Shown in pieces: positions 9,138 through 19,423 of a stretch of DNA of 47,790 nucleotides. Position 1 is the first letter of the stretch. Each line of letters opens with the position of its first letter. The notes below the pieces were generated by a model. The model saw only the letters and a list, made by a program, of their open reading frames with translations, had not been told where the DNA came from and made no database searches. The translations under genes were made by a program, and so were the position numbers. The stretch is from an uncultured Acidobacteriota bacterium (GTDB lineage Bacteria > Acidobacteriota > Vicinamibacteria > Vicinamibacterales > UBA8438), in the NCBI GenBank assembly GCA_913043225.1, contig CAJWLU010000026.1:1-47790 (forward strand), in the 5' to 3' direction.

Positions 9138-9773
9138 TTGCCAGATCTTGGACAGTTCGCTATCGTCCTCGCCGTCCTGCTGTTCTCGCTCACCATTCAC
9201 GAGATGGCGCACGCGGTCACGGCCCTCTGGTATGGCGACCGGACGGCTCAGCGGCTCGGTCGTATCTCATTCAATCCACTAGTGCATCTGGATCCGGTCG
9301 GGTCGTTTCTCCTACCAGTGATGGGCTTCTTGGCAGGTGGATTCATCTTCGGCTGGGCTAAGCCGGTGCCGGTTAATCCCCTCAATCTGAAGAGTCGCCG
9401 GCGCGACTTTCTGGTGATTGCGGCGTCCGGTCCAGCCAGTAACATCGTGCTCGCGGTGGGGGCATCGCTGTTCCTGTCGGCGGTCCCTGGTGGTCTGGGC
9501 GCGTCGGAAGGAATGGCGGGTCTCCTGGTGACCATCGGGTTCGCCATGTTGCAGCTGAACGTGCTGCTGGCAGTGTTTAATATGTTGCCGATTCCGCCGC
9601 TGGACGGAGGAAACGTCTTGGCCGGCGTGCTGCCAGAGGCCATCTCCAGCCGCTATGACCGGCTGGTCAGGCCCTACGGATTTTTCATCCTGATCCTGCT
9701 GATGGTGACCGGTACTTTGTCGCAGTTGATCGGGCCGCCGATGTCATTTCTCATGGGATGGTTGTTGCCGTGA
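9138..9773 (+). CDS. Site-2 protease family (M50) metalloprotease
   Basis: HEMAH, GWAKPVPVNP, FNMLPIPPLDGG. Confidence 0.93.
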   Translation: MPDLGQFAIVLAVLLFSLTIHEMAHAVTALWYGDRTAQRLGRISFNPLVHLDPVGSFLLPVMGFLAGGFIFGWAKPVPVNPLNLKSRRRDFLVIAASGPASNIVLAVGASLFLSAVPGGLGASEGMAGLLVTIGFAMLQLNVLLAVFNMLPIPPLDGGNVLAGVLPEAISSRYDRLVRPYGFFILILLMVTGTLSQLIGPPMSFLMGWLLP

Positions 9774-10768
9774 AGCCACGTGTTGTGTCCGGGATGCGTC
9801 CAACCGGAAAGCTCCACCTCGGACATCTAGTCGGAGCCCTCCGCCAGTGGGCCGAGCTCCAGTCCACCTACGACTGCATGTATTTCGTCGCCGACTGGCA
9901 CGCGCTGACCAGCGAGTATGCCGATACCGACGGGCTGACCGCGGCCGCCTACGACAACGCGGCGGACTGGATTGCTGCCGGCATTGATCCCGACCAGAGC
10001 ACGTTGTTCGTGCAGTCGCTGGTGCCCGAACACGCCGAGCTGTACCTGCTGCTGTCGATGACGGTGCCTATTCCCTGGCTGGAGCGGGTCCCCACCTACA
10101 AGGAGCAAATAGAGCAGCTCAAAGAGAAGGATCTCTCGTCGCTCGGTTTTCTGGGCTACCCGCTGCTTCAAGGCGCTGACGTGCTCATCTATCGGGCGAA
10201 CTTTGTGCCGGTGGGCGAGGACCAAGTGGCGCATCTCGAAATGAACCGCGAAGTGGTGCGCCGGTTCCACAACTTCTACGGCGAGCTGTTCCCCGAGCCG
10301 CAGCCGTTGCTCACTGCCTTCCCCCGGCTGCCGGGCCTCGACAACCGGAAGATGAGCAAGAGCTACGACAACACCATTGATTTGTCGGACGACGCGAAGG
10401 CGGTGCAGAAGAAAGTTATGCGGATGTACACCGACCCGAAGCGGGTCCGGGCTGACATCCCTGGCACCGTGGAGGGCAACCCAGTGTTCATCTATCACGA
10501 TGCGTTCAACCCGGATACGGCCGAGGTCGACGATCTCAAGGCCCGCTATCGGTCCGGGACGGTGGGCGATGTCGAGGTGAAGAAGAAGCTGGCTAACGCC
10601 ATTAACGCCGTGCTCGACCCGATGCGCGAGCGCCGGGCGGAAGTGCTCTCTACGCCCGACCGGGTGCGCGAGATCCTGCTCGACGGTTCCGTCACCGCCC
10701 GTCGCATCGCCCAGGAGACGATGAAGGACGTTCGCACCGCGGTGAAGCTGGACTACGGGGATGCCTGA
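9770..10768 (+). CDS. trpS: Tryptophanyl-tRNA synthetase
   Basis: SGMRPTGKLHLGH, PVGEDQ, KMSKS; GTG start overlaps the upstream TGA. Confidence 0.97.
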   Translation: MKPRVVSGMRPTGKLHLGHLVGALRQWAELQSTYDCMYFVADWHALTSEYADTDGLTAAAYDNAADWIAAGIDPDQSTLFVQSLVPEHAELYLLLSMTVPIPWLERVPTYKEQIEQLKEKDLSSLGFLGYPLLQGADVLIYRANFVPVGEDQVAHLEMNREVVRRFHNFYGELFPEPQPLLTAFPRLPGLDNRKMSKSYDNTIDLSDDAKAVQKKVMRMYTDPKRVRADIPGTVEGNPVFIYHDAFNPDTAEVDDLKARYRSGTVGDVEVKKKLANAINAVLDPMRERRAEVLSTPDRVREILLDGSVTARRIAQETMKDVRTAVKLDYGDA

Positions 10769-11618
10769 ACCAGACGCCTCCCGTCCGGCCAATTTCGAGT
10801 CAAGCCTTGAGGACTACCCGGTCAAGCTGGACAACTTTGAGGGGCCGCTCGATCTGCTGCTCCACCTGATTCGCAAGCAGGAGGTCGACATCTACGACAT
10901 CCCGATCCTTCTCATCACCAGGCAGTATCTGGACTACCTGGACCTGATGAAGGAGCTCGATCTCGACATCGCGGGCGAGTTCCTGGTGATGGCGGCCACG
11001 CTGATTCACATCAAGGCCCGCACTCTCGTGCCCCGGCTCGAGCCCGACGTGGATGAGGAAAGCGAGAGCGAGGATCCGCGCGACGCCCTGATCCGCCGGC
11101 TTATCGAGCACCAGAAGTACAAGGCCGCTGCCGAGTTGCTGCACGAGAAGGAGACTGTGCGGAGCGCTCAGTGGGGGTTGCCAGACGAGCGGTTGTCCGA
11201 CCTTGCCGGCGAATCGTTCGAGCGCGAGCTGGAAGTCGACCTGTTCGGCCTGCTTCAGGCGTTTCAGACGGTGCTCAAGCGCGCGCGGGAGCGCCCGAGT
11301 GTCCCGCTGCCACGAGAAGAGATCTCGATCGAGGCGCGCACACGGGAACTGGTGGCCAAGCTCGCCAAGGTCGATAGCTGCGGGTTCGAGGACTTGTTCG
11401 ACGACGACCGCAGCCGAGGCGAGCTGATTACCACGTTTCTCGCGGTGCTGGAGATGATCCGGCTGAAGCTGATCCGGGTCTACCAGACCGATAATTTCGG
11501 TCCGATTCGCGTGCACCGCCGCGACCGACCGCCGGACGCCCCGAAGCCGCTCGGAGACGACGCCGTAACCGAAAAGGCCGAGCCCGTAGGGGCCGACGAC
11601 GAATCTTCTGACTCTTGA
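10761..11618 (+). CDS. scpA: Segregation/condensation protein A (kleisin)
   Basis: FEGPLDLLLHLI, EFLVMAATL, TFLAVLEM. Confidence 0.95.
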   Translation: MPEPDASRPANFESSLEDYPVKLDNFEGPLDLLLHLIRKQEVDIYDIPILLITRQYLDYLDLMKELDLDIAGEFLVMAATLIHIKARTLVPRLEPDVDEESESEDPRDALIRRLIEHQKYKAAAELLHEKETVRSAQWGLPDERLSDLAGESFERELEVDLFGLLQAFQTVLKRARERPSVPLPREEISIEARTRELVAKLAKVDSCGFEDLFDDDRSRGELITTFLAVLEMIRLKLIRVYQTDNFGPIRVHRRDRPPDAPKPLGDDAVTEKAEPVGADDESSDS

Positions 11619-12346
11619 CGAGCCCCCCGATCCCCATGTCCGACCACGACCATTTGAAACCGATCATCGAGGCGCTCATCTTTGCGTCGCCCGACCCGGT
11701 GACGCCCAAGACGCTCTTCCAGTTGCTCGAGGGCGAGCCGAAGGAAGATGTGGCCAAGGCGGTCGAGATGTTGCAGGCGGACTATGAAGCGCGGGGCGGG
11801 CTGCAGATGGTAGAGGTAGCTGGCGGCTATCAGATCTGCACGCGACCCGAGCTGCACGAGTGGGTGCGCCGCCTGTTTCACGAGCAGTCGAAACAGCGTT
11901 TGTCGGTTCAGGCGCTGGAGACGCTCGCGGTCATTGCCTATAAGCAGCCGATCACCGGTCCCGAGATCGCCGACATCCGTGGCGTCAATACATCCGGCGT
12001 CGTCGGTACCTTGCTCGAGCGTCAACTGGTCAAGGTCGTCGGACGGAAGCAGGTTATCGGACGTCCTTTCCTGTACGCCACGACACGCGAGTTCCTGAAC
12101 CGGTTCGGTCTGGCTGATCTTGAGGATTTGCCAAAGGTTGAAGAGATGGCCGAGGCGCTGGGGATGGAGGTGCCCCCCGCGCTCAGCGTGCCAGGCCCAG
12201 CCACCGAACCGCTCCCGTTCGACGAAGACGGTGACGCTGAAGCCGAGGCCGACCCCGTTGACCTCGAGCCAATAGAAGAGGGCACGGGTGTGCCGGAGGT
12301 CTCAGATGAGTCCGAAGCGCCCGCCGCCGACGAGCCGGTTCACTAG
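11615..12346 (+). CDS. scpB: Segregation/condensation protein B
   Basis: IEALIFAS, LETLAVIAYKQPIT, IRGVN, GRPFLY; acidic tail. Alternative ATG at 11636. Confidence 0.95.
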   Translation: MTSPPIPMSDHDHLKPIIEALIFASPDPVTPKTLFQLLEGEPKEDVAKAVEMLQADYEARGGLQMVEVAGGYQICTRPELHEWVRRLFHEQSKQRLSVQALETLAVIAYKQPITGPEIADIRGVNTSGVVGTLLERQLVKVVGRKQVIGRPFLYATTREFLNRFGLADLEDLPKVEEMAEALGMEVPPALSVPGPATEPLPFDEDGDAEAEADPVDLEPIEEGTGVPEVSDESEAPAADEPVH

Positions 12347-12369
12347 AGCAAGTCTAAAGTCAGATCACG

Positions 12370-13155
12370 ATGGGCAAGCAGACCTCCGACGAGCCCTCCG
12401 GCACGCGCCTGCAGAAGATCATCGCCACTGCTGGCGTGGCCTCTCGACGGGCCGCCGAAGGGTTCATCCGCGACGGGCGGGTCATGGTGAACGGCCAGGT
12501 GGTGAAGACGCTCGGCACCCGGGCCGATCCGGAGGTGGACGAGATCAAGGTCGACGGGCGCCGTGTGGGGCGAGCCGGACGCCGACGCTACTTGTTGCTC
12601 AACAAGCCACGCGGGGTTATCACGACTCGGGACGACCCGCAGAAGCGGCGCACGGTGATGGATCTGATTGCAGGGGTACGCGAGTCGGTCTATCCGGTGG
12701 GTCGGCTGGACTACGATAGCGAGGGACTGCTGCTGTTGACCAACGACGGCGAGCTGGCGGCCCAGTTGACGCATCCCCGCCACGGCGTCGAGCGGGTCTA
12801 CGAGGCCCGCGTCCGAGGCGTGCCCAGCGCGGCGGCTCTGAAGCGGCTAGCCCGCGGCGTCTCGGTGGAGGGTCGACGTACGGCGTCCGCGACGGCGCGT
12901 CTGCTGGGGGCCGGTCGTGGTCAGCGAGGCGACCAGGCGCTGGTACAGATCGGCATCCGCGAGGGACGGAAGCGTCAGGTGCGGCATATGTGCGAATCGG
13001 TGGGACATCCAGTTGTCCGGCTGCGTCGTGTGCGCATCGGACCTATTCGAGACCAGGGCTTGCGTCCCGGACAGTTTAGGGACCTGACGCCCGCCGAGGT
13101 GCGGGCGCTACGCCGCGCCGTTGACGCCGGCGCGCCGGAGGAACGAACGTCGTGA
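12370..13155 (+). CDS. rluB: RsuA/RluB-family pseudouridine synthase
   Basis: S4 domain RLQKIIA..SRR, PVGRLDYDSEGLLLLTNDG, EGRKRQVR. Confidence 0.9.
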   Translation: MGKQTSDEPSGTRLQKIIATAGVASRRAAEGFIRDGRVMVNGQVVKTLGTRADPEVDEIKVDGRRVGRAGRRRYLLLNKPRGVITTRDDPQKRRTVMDLIAGVRESVYPVGRLDYDSEGLLLLTNDGELAAQLTHPRHGVERVYEARVRGVPSAAALKRLARGVSVEGRRTASATARLLGAGRGQRGDQALVQIGIREGRKRQVRHMCESVGHPVVRLRRVRIGPIRDQGLRPGQFRDLTPAEVRALRRAVDAGAPEERTS

Positions 13156-13844
13156 CGGAGACTTCCCTAACTAGACCCCCAGTGATCGCCATCGACGGTC
13201 CCTCTGGCGCCGGTAAAGGCAGCGTCTCGCGTGCTGTCGCCCAGGCGTTGTCCTGCCGGTATGTCGATACCGGCGCGATGTATCGGGCGGTGGCCTGGAT
13301 GGCTGGTCATGAGGGAATTTCGTTCGATGATGAGCCGCTGCTGACCGATCTCTCCGAGCGAGTCGAACTGCGCCTCGCTGGACGGTCGGTCGAGGTCGAG
13401 GGACACGACGTCACCAGTGCCATCCGGACGGCGGAGATCGACAGCGCGGCCGCCCGCGTTGCCCGGGTGCCCGGGGTGAGGGAGGTGCTGGTGCGCCGGC
13501 AGCGGGCCTACGCCGCCACCGGTGGTCTGGTGATGGAAGGGCGTGACATTGGCACCACTGTGTTTCCAGAGGCGGACGTCAAGATCTACCTCGACGCTTC
13601 GGCCGAGGAGCGGGCCTCGCGGCGTGCCTCGGACCCGGCACACGGGTTGGGAGGCGCTGAGGCCGCGTTGTCGGACGTGGCTACCGCCCTCGAGGCTCGA
13701 GATCACTCGGACCGGACTCGGCAGAACTCGCCACTGACGATGGCCGACGACGCCGTGCTCGTCGACACGACCGGCGTGCCACTCGACGGTGTCATCAGGC
13801 GGGTGCTGGAGATCGTTCAGACCCGTCTTGGCGCCCTTCCGTAG
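13152..13844 (+). CDS. cmk: Cytidylate kinase
   Basis: IAIDGPSGAGK, DTGAMYR, EGRDIGT. Confidence 0.96.
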   Translation: MTETSLTRPPVIAIDGPSGAGKGSVSRAVAQALSCRYVDTGAMYRAVAWMAGHEGISFDDEPLLTDLSERVELRLAGRSVEVEGHDVTSAIRTAEIDSAAARVARVPGVREVLVRRQRAYAATGGLVMEGRDIGTTVFPEADVKIYLDASAEERASRRASDPAHGLGGAEAALSDVATALEARDHSDRTRQNSPLTMADDAVLVDTTGVPLDGVIRRVLEIVQTRLGALP

Positions 13845-13870
13845 GGGGCCGTCGGAGCTCCCGATTCAGA

Positions 13871-13899
13871 TTGACGGGTCTCGGTAACTGTCATATAGT
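13871..13899 (+). promoter_or_regulatory. Sigma70-type promoter for rpsA
   Basis: TTGACG(13871-76)-N17-TATAGT(13894-99). Confidence 0.75.
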
Positions 13900-14021
13900 C
13901 CGAGGCTTATCGCCAAACGACGGTGGTCGACGCATGGCCTGTGTGGCTCGCGTTGGCGCCCCGTCGTTCTGGCCACCGCGCCCGCACGGGCGTACGCACG
14001 ACACAGGAGATACCCAGTTCC

Positions 14022-15791
14022 ATGACGAAGGTAGAGGACGCCGAGCAGTCAGCCGGTTCGGAGAAGCCACGGCCGGCGCCGATGATGCTCATGGCCCGCG
14101 ACGACGATGAGGATCGCGCGGGACAGCAGGAGTTCGCCGACCTGTTGAAGTTGTACGAAGGAAGCTTCCGGAACATCGCCGAAGGCGAGGTCATCAAGGG
14201 CACGGTCCTAAAGGTGTCTTCCTCGGAAGTCGTCGTCGATGTGGGCTACAAGTCGGAAGGAATGATCGCGCTCCAGGAGTTCATCGACGAGGAAGGCGAG
14301 TGCATCGTCCAGCCCGGTGACACGGTAGACGTGTTGCTGGAGCGCACAGAGGATCGTGACGGCCATATCGTGCTCTCGCGCGAGAAGGCCGAGAAGATGA
14401 AGATCTGGGACGAGGTCGAGAAGGCCTACGACGACCGTAAGGTGGTCATCGGCCGCGTCATCGAACGGATTAAGGGTGGGCTGGCGGTCGACATCGGCGT
14501 GCGGGCTTTTCTGCCCGGCTCGCAGGTGGACGTCCGGCCGGTGCGCAACCTCGACGCGCTGCGCGGCGAAGAGCTGCGTATGCGGGTCATTAAGGTCAAC
14601 AAGAAGCGCGGCAACATCGTGCTGTCGCGCAAGGTGCTCCTCGAAGAGGAGAACACAGAGAAGAAGAAGCACACGCTCGAGACCCTCGAGGAGGGCAAGG
14701 TACTCCGCGGGGTAGTCAAGAACATCACCGACTACGGCGCGTTCATCGACCTGGGTGGTATCGACGGTCTGCTACATGTCACAGATATGTCATGGGGGCG
14801 GGCCGCACATCCGTCGGAGCTCTTCAAGGTCAACGACGAAGTCGACATAGTGGTGCTCAAGTTCGACCGCGAGACAGAACGGGTCTCGCTGGGCTACAAG
14901 CAGCTTCACGCCGATCCATGGACCGCGGTGGAAGAGCGCTATGCCGTGGGCATGCGGGTCAGCGGCAAGGTGGTGAGCCTCACCGACTACGGGGCCTTCA
15001 TCGAGATCGAGGCTGGCGTCGAGGGGCTCATCCATGTTTCGGAGATGTCCTGGAGCAAGCGGGTCAAGCATCCCTCGAAGCTGCTGAATGTCGGCGATGA
15101 GGTCGAGTCGATGGTGCTCGGCGTCGACCCACAGGCGCGACGGATCTCGCTGGGACTGAAGCAAATCGAGTCAAACCCCTGGCATCAGCTGGCAGACACC
15201 TATGCAATCGGGACTACGCTCACCGGCAAGGTGCGGAACCTCACCGAGTTCGGCGCGTTCGTCGAAGTGGAAGAGGGCATTGACGGGCTCATCCATATCT
15301 CGGATATGTCGTGGAGCAAGCGGCTCAAGCATCCGTCGGAGGTGCTCAAGAAGGGTGACGAGGTCGAGGCGATGGTCCTCAACGTCGACCCCGACAACCA
15401 GCGCCTGTCGCTTGGGTTAAAGCAGCTCGCCACCGACATTTGGGACGAGTTCTTCGAGAACAACAAGGTCGGGTCGGTGGTCGAGGGGAAGGTGGTTCGG
15501 ATTACCAGCTTCGGCGCCTTCGTCGAGTTGGCCGAAGGGATCGAGGGGCTTATCCACGTGTCAGAGTTCGACGAAGAGCACGGCAAGGACAAGGTCGAGC
15601 TCAAGGTGGACGAGGTCACAAGCATGAAGATCATCAAGCTCAGTCCCTCGGAACGGAAGATCGGTCTCAGTATCCGCGCGCTTAAGTCTGACGACTACGA
15701 GACGGACTGGGAGGAGTTCGGCGGAGGGTCCGGTTCACCTGAGGTGACGCTCGGAGATCACTTCGATCATCTCAAGAACCAGACCAAATAG
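14022..15791 (+). CDS. rpsA: 30S ribosomal protein S1
   Basis: Six S1 repeats (DYGAFI..GLLHV); AGGAGA RBS at 14005-14010. Confidence 0.97.
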   Translation: MTKVEDAEQSAGSEKPRPAPMMLMARDDDEDRAGQQEFADLLKLYEGSFRNIAEGEVIKGTVLKVSSSEVVVDVGYKSEGMIALQEFIDEEGECIVQPGDTVDVLLERTEDRDGHIVLSREKAEKMKIWDEVEKAYDDRKVVIGRVIERIKGGLAVDIGVRAFLPGSQVDVRPVRNLDALRGEELRMRVIKVNKKRGNIVLSRKVLLEEENTEKKKHTLETLEEGKVLRGVVKNITDYGAFIDLGGIDGLLHVTDMSWGRAAHPSELFKVNDEVDIVVLKFDRETERVSLGYKQLHADPWTAVEERYAVGMRVSGKVVSLTDYGAFIEIEAGVEGLIHVSEMSWSKRVKHPSKLLNVGDEVESMVLGVDPQARRISLGLKQIESNPWHQLADTYAIGTTLTGKVRNLTEFGAFVEVEEGIDGLIHISDMSWSKRLKHPSEVLKKGDEVEAMVLNVDPDNQRLSLGLKQLATDIWDEFFENNKVGSVVEGKVVRITSFGAFVELAEGIEGLIHVSEFDEEHGKDKVELKVDEVTSMKIIKLSPSERKIGLSIRALKSDDYETDWEEFGGGSGSPEVTLGDHFDHLKNQTK

Positions 15792-15812
15792 CGGTCCGGC
15801 ACGGAGGACATC

Positions 15813-16175
15813 TTGGCAACAGGCGGCAGCATGACGAAGGCGGCACTGGTTGAGGAAGTGTCTCGCGTCGCCGACCTGACCAAGAAGCACTCGGAGGTGA
15901 TCGTCGAGACGGTCTTCCAGAGCATCATTACTGCGCTGCGGCGGGGCGAGAAGATCGAGCTGCGGGGTTTCGGCAGCTTCCGGCTTCGTCAGCGGGAGCC
16001 GCGCAAAGGCCGCAACCCGAAGACGGGCGATAGGGTAGACGTTCCGCCGAAGAAGGTGCCCTACTTCAAACCGGGCAAGGAGCTCAAGGAGCTCATCAAC
16101 AAGGAAACGGCGTCCGAGGTCCAGTCGGACAACACGTTCGTCCCACGCGCCGATTCAGGGACCCCCGGCTACTAG
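15813..16175 (+). CDS. ihfB: Integration host factor beta / HU family protein
   Basis: IELRGFGSF, GRNPKTG, FKPGKEL; cmk-rpsA-ihfB order. Alternative ATG at 15831. Confidence 0.85.
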   Translation: MATGGSMTKAALVEEVSRVADLTKKHSEVIVETVFQSIITALRRGEKIELRGFGSFRLRQREPRKGRNPKTGDRVDVPPKKVPYFKPGKELKELINKETASEVQSDNTFVPRADSGTPGY

Positions 16176-16200
16176 CGCTCGCCAGTCTGGCGGTGAGACT

Positions 16201-16698
16201 TTGGAGCGATTGTGGGCCCCCTGGAGGCTCGACTACGTGACCGGTGCCGTGTCGGATGAGGGGTGCGTGTTCTGCGCTGCCCAGGCTGGCGACAATGCCG
16301 CTGCGCTGATAGTCGCGCGTGGCGAGACCTGCTTCGTCATCCTCAACAAGTATCCCTACAACAACGGTCACATTATGGTGACCCCCAACCGGCACATCGG
16401 GTCGCTGGCCGACGCGACCGAGGCCGAATTGGGGGAGCTGATGGCGTGGACCCGTCGTGGCGAGATGGGGCTCACTGAGGCGTATCAGCCGCACGGGATG
16501 AACATCGGGGTGAATCTGGGCCGTCCGGCTGGCGCCGGGGTGCCAGGACATCTCCACGTCCATCTCGTGCCCCGTTGGAACGGCGACACGAATTTCATGA
16601 CCGTGGTGGGGGATACCCGTGTCGTGCCGGAGTCGCCGCCCAAGACGCTGGAGCGGCTCACGCCGATCTTCGCCCGCCTCGCTTCCCAGAACCGCTAG
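16201..16698 (+). CDS. HIT-family hydrolase
   Basis: LWAPWR, CVFC, LNKYPYNNGH, HLHVHLVPR. Confidence 0.92.
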   Translation: MERLWAPWRLDYVTGAVSDEGCVFCAAQAGDNAAALIVARGETCFVILNKYPYNNGHIMVTPNRHIGSLADATEAELGELMAWTRRGEMGLTEAYQPHGMNIGVNLGRPAGAGVPGHLHVHLVPRWNGDTNFMTVVGDTRVVPESPPKTLERLTPIFARLASQNR

Positions 16699-16702
16699 CG
16701 AG

Positions 16703-16733
16703 TGGCGAAACCTTGCGATGCGCGGTTTCGCCA
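16703..16733. terminator. GC-rich hairpin after the HIT gene
   Basis: TGGCGAAACC-N11-GGTTTCGCCA, perfect 10-bp stem 4 nt after the stop; no U-tract. Confidence 0.5.
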
Positions 16734-16901
16734 GGACAATGATGGCGTTCCGCCGTTGGCCGAGTCACCAGACACGCCGCGTTCGCCTGGAACAACGTTG
16801 CGGGTCGGCAAGGCGTCTGAATGCCAGTGGTATTATCAAACGGTCAGCGCTCTTGAGGATCCACCGTGGTGAGGCGGGTCCAGATTGAAGGGACGGCGAC
16901 C

Positions 16902-19001
16902 ATGTCCAGCATCCGATGGTGGAGTCCGCGTGCCTTCGTCGCGGGGTCGGTGACGATTCTCTTGATTCTCTTGCTCTGGTCGGCAGCGCCTGGGCTGGGC
17001 GCTGTGCCAGCGGGAGCGCCGCAGCCGCCAGAGGAGCAGCCGTCGACGCAGGCCGAGGGCGGTGACCAACGCGCCGAAGAGACCGACGAGTCCGAGTCGG
17101 ACCAGCCGGTGTTCCGGTCCGAGATCAACTACGTCCGCGTTGACGCCATCATCCTCGACGATGATGACAACCCGGTCCTCGACCTCACGGTTGACGATTT
17201 CGAGATCTTCGAGGACGACATTCCGCAAGAGATCGAGAACTTCGAGCTTATCGAGGTTACTGGCGAGTTTGACTCGGATCTGCCACCGGCTTCGAGCATC
17301 CGGAACGAATACGACCAGGACCGTGAAGCGGCGCGCTCAGACTCCCGCATCTTCGTCTTTTTCCTCGACGACTACCACGTCCGCGACTACAACGCGATAC
17401 GGATGACCGAGCCGCTGGTGGAGTTCGTCCGGACCCAACTCGGGCCGAGCGACCTGGTCGGCGTGATGTATCCGCTGACGCCGCTCTTCGACGTGCAGCT
17501 CACTCGCGACCACGAGCAAGTCATCCGAGCGCTCCAGGCGTTCGAGGGTCGCAAGTGGGATTACGACCCACGGAATACCTATGAATCGCAGTACGCCTAC
17601 TACCCGACCACGGTGGTCGAGAAGATTCGCAACGATGTGAGCCTGTCGGCCCTTAAGGCCCTAGCCATTCATCTGGGGGGGCTACGAGAGGGACGTAAAT
17701 CGGTCATCGTGCTCTCGGAGGGCTACACCGACTACGTGCCGCCACAGCATCGAGACGAGTCGGCGCTGGGCGGCGCGATCGGTCGCGCCGTGAACCGTTA
17801 CAACCCGCTGGCCGGAGAGAGCCGGGCCGAGGAGACAATGCGGTTCTTCGAGGACTCGTCGATGCGGGCCAATCTGGTCTACACCGCCGATGTCGCTAAC
17901 CGGAACAACACCAGCCTGTACATGGTCGACCCACGAGGGCTGGCGGTCTATGAATACGACTTGAGCCAGGTCGCGGTTTCCCATGACACCGATCAGGCGA
18001 TGCTCCGGAATCTCCAGGACACCCTCTATGTGCTGGCCGAAGAGAGCGATGGGCGAGCCATCGTCAATAGAAACGACATTGGACCAGGGTTGGCGCAGAT
18101 CGTCCGCGACTCGAGTGTGTACTACCTGCTTGGCTACACCTCGTCCGAGCGTCCTACCGACGGCAAGTTCCACGAGGTCGAAGTCAAGGTAAAGCGCGAG
18201 GACGTAACAGTGCGGGCCCGAAAGGGTTACTACGCGCTGACCGAGTCCAACGCAGCCCGGATGCTCGCCCCTCCAAAGCCCCCGGTGCCGACTGAGATCG
18301 ACCGGGTGCTGACCACGCTGGCCGAGCCCTCGCGGGGCCGGCTCGTCCGGACCTGGGTGGGGGCCAAGCGGGCTGAGAACGGTAAGACCAGGGTGCAATT
18401 TGTGTGGGAACCGGTGAGCGATCGCCGGAGCCAGAGTCAGGAGTCGGCGTCACAGGTGATGCTGATGGCGATGAGTGACCAGGGGGCCTATTTTCGCGGT
18501 GATCTTCCCGGCGAGAGCCAGACCACTGCCGAGTTCGAGGCCGATCCTGGGGCACTGGAGCTCAACGCCGCCATTGAGGACGAGTTCGGCGACGTGATCG
18601 ACCGGCGGGTGGACGAGGTCGTCGTGCCGGATTTCACCGGTGTCGACCTCATGCTCAGCACGCCAGCCGTGTTTCGGGCGACCAACGCCATCGAGTTCCG
18701 TGAAATCGCCGCCGAGGCCGAGCCGTTGCCGACGGCGACGCGGTACTTCCGGCGGACCGACCAGCTGCTGGTCCGCTTCGAGACCTATACGCCCGGCGAC
18801 CTGGTTCGACCTGAGGCACAGCTGCTCAGTCGTGAGGGGACGCCGATTGTGCCCTTAACTGTAGAAGAGGCGCCGGGAGGAGGGCATCAGACGGCGGTGA
18901 CGTTGGCGCCGTTCCCCAGGGGTGACTACCTGATCGAGTTGTCGGTGACCGTTGGAGAGGAGCGGGTCCGGGAGCTGGTGGCGTTCCGAATGCAGGGGTA
19001 G
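16902..19001 (+). CDS. Secreted VWA-domain protein (acidobacterial VWFA-related type)
   Basis: Signal peptide, [57 protein letters not shown]. Confidence 0.85.
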   Translation: MSSIRWWSPRAFVAGSVTILLILLLWSAAPGLGAVPAGAPQPPEEQPSTQAEGGDQRAEETDESESDQPVFRSEINYVRVDAIILDDDDNPVLDLTVDDFEIFEDDIPQEIENFELIEVTGEFDSDLPPASSIRNEYDQDREAARSDSRIFVFFLDDYHVRDYNAIRMTEPLVEFVRTQLGPSDLVGVMYPLTPLFDVQLTRDHEQVIRALQAFEGRKWDYDPRNTYESQYAYYPTTVVEKIRNDVSLSALKALAIHLGGLREGRKSVIVLSEGYTDYVPPQHRDESALGGAIGRAVNRYNPLAGESRAEETMRFFEDSSMRANLVYTADVANRNNTSLYMVDPRGLAVYEYDLSQVAVSHDTDQAMLRNLQDTLYVLAEESDGRAIVNRNDIGPGLAQIVRDSSVYYLLGYTSSERPTDGKFHEVEVKVKREDVTVRARKGYYALTESNAARMLAPPKPPVPTEIDRVLTTLAEPSRGRLVRTWVGAKRAENGKTRVQFVWEPVSDRRSQSQESASQVMLMAMSDQGAYFRGDLPGESQTTAEFEADPGALELNAAIEDEFGDVIDRRVDEVVVPDFTGVDLMLSTPAVFRATNAIEFREIAAEAEPLPTATRYFRRTDQLLVRFETYTPGDLVRPEAQLLSREGTPIVPLTVEEAPGGGHQTAVTLAPFPRGDYLIELSVTVGEERVRELVAFRMQG

Positions 19002-19014
19002 GTCGAGCGGCCAG

Positions 19015-19416
19015 ATGGAGAAGATCCGGGTCATCATCGCCAAACCGGGGCTCGACGGTCACGACCGTGGGGCCAAGGTCATCGCCCGTGCCCTGCGAGA
19101 CGAGGGTATGGAGGTGATCTATACCGGCCTTCGCCAGACGCCCGAGCAGATCGTCGAGGCCGCGCTCCAGGAGGACGCCGGCGTGATCGGGCTGTCGATC
19201 CTGTCTGGTGCCCACAACCACGTGTGTCCCCGGGTCATGGAGCTGCTTAAGGAGAAGGGCCTCGACGACGTGCTGGTGGTGGTGGGAGGCATCATTCCGG
19301 ATGTGGATCTGCCTGGCCTGTGCGACATCGGAATCGAGGGGGTGTTCCAGCCAGGGACGCCGATGCGCGACATCGTGACCTTCATCCGAGAACATCACCG
19401 CCCGATGCCTGCCTGA
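19015..19416 (+). CDS. Cobalamin-binding subunit of methylmalonyl-CoA mutase-like enzyme
   Basis: [12 protein letters not shown] (DxHxxG), SILSGAH, VGGIIP. Confidence 0.93.
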   Translation: MEKIRVIIAKPGLDGHDRGAKVIARALRDEGMEVIYTGLRQTPEQIVEAALQEDAGVIGLSILSGAHNHVCPRVMELLKEKGLDDVLVVVGGIIPDVDLPGLCDIGIEGVFQPGTPMRDIVTFIREHHRPMPA

Positions 19417-19423
19417 GGACCTG

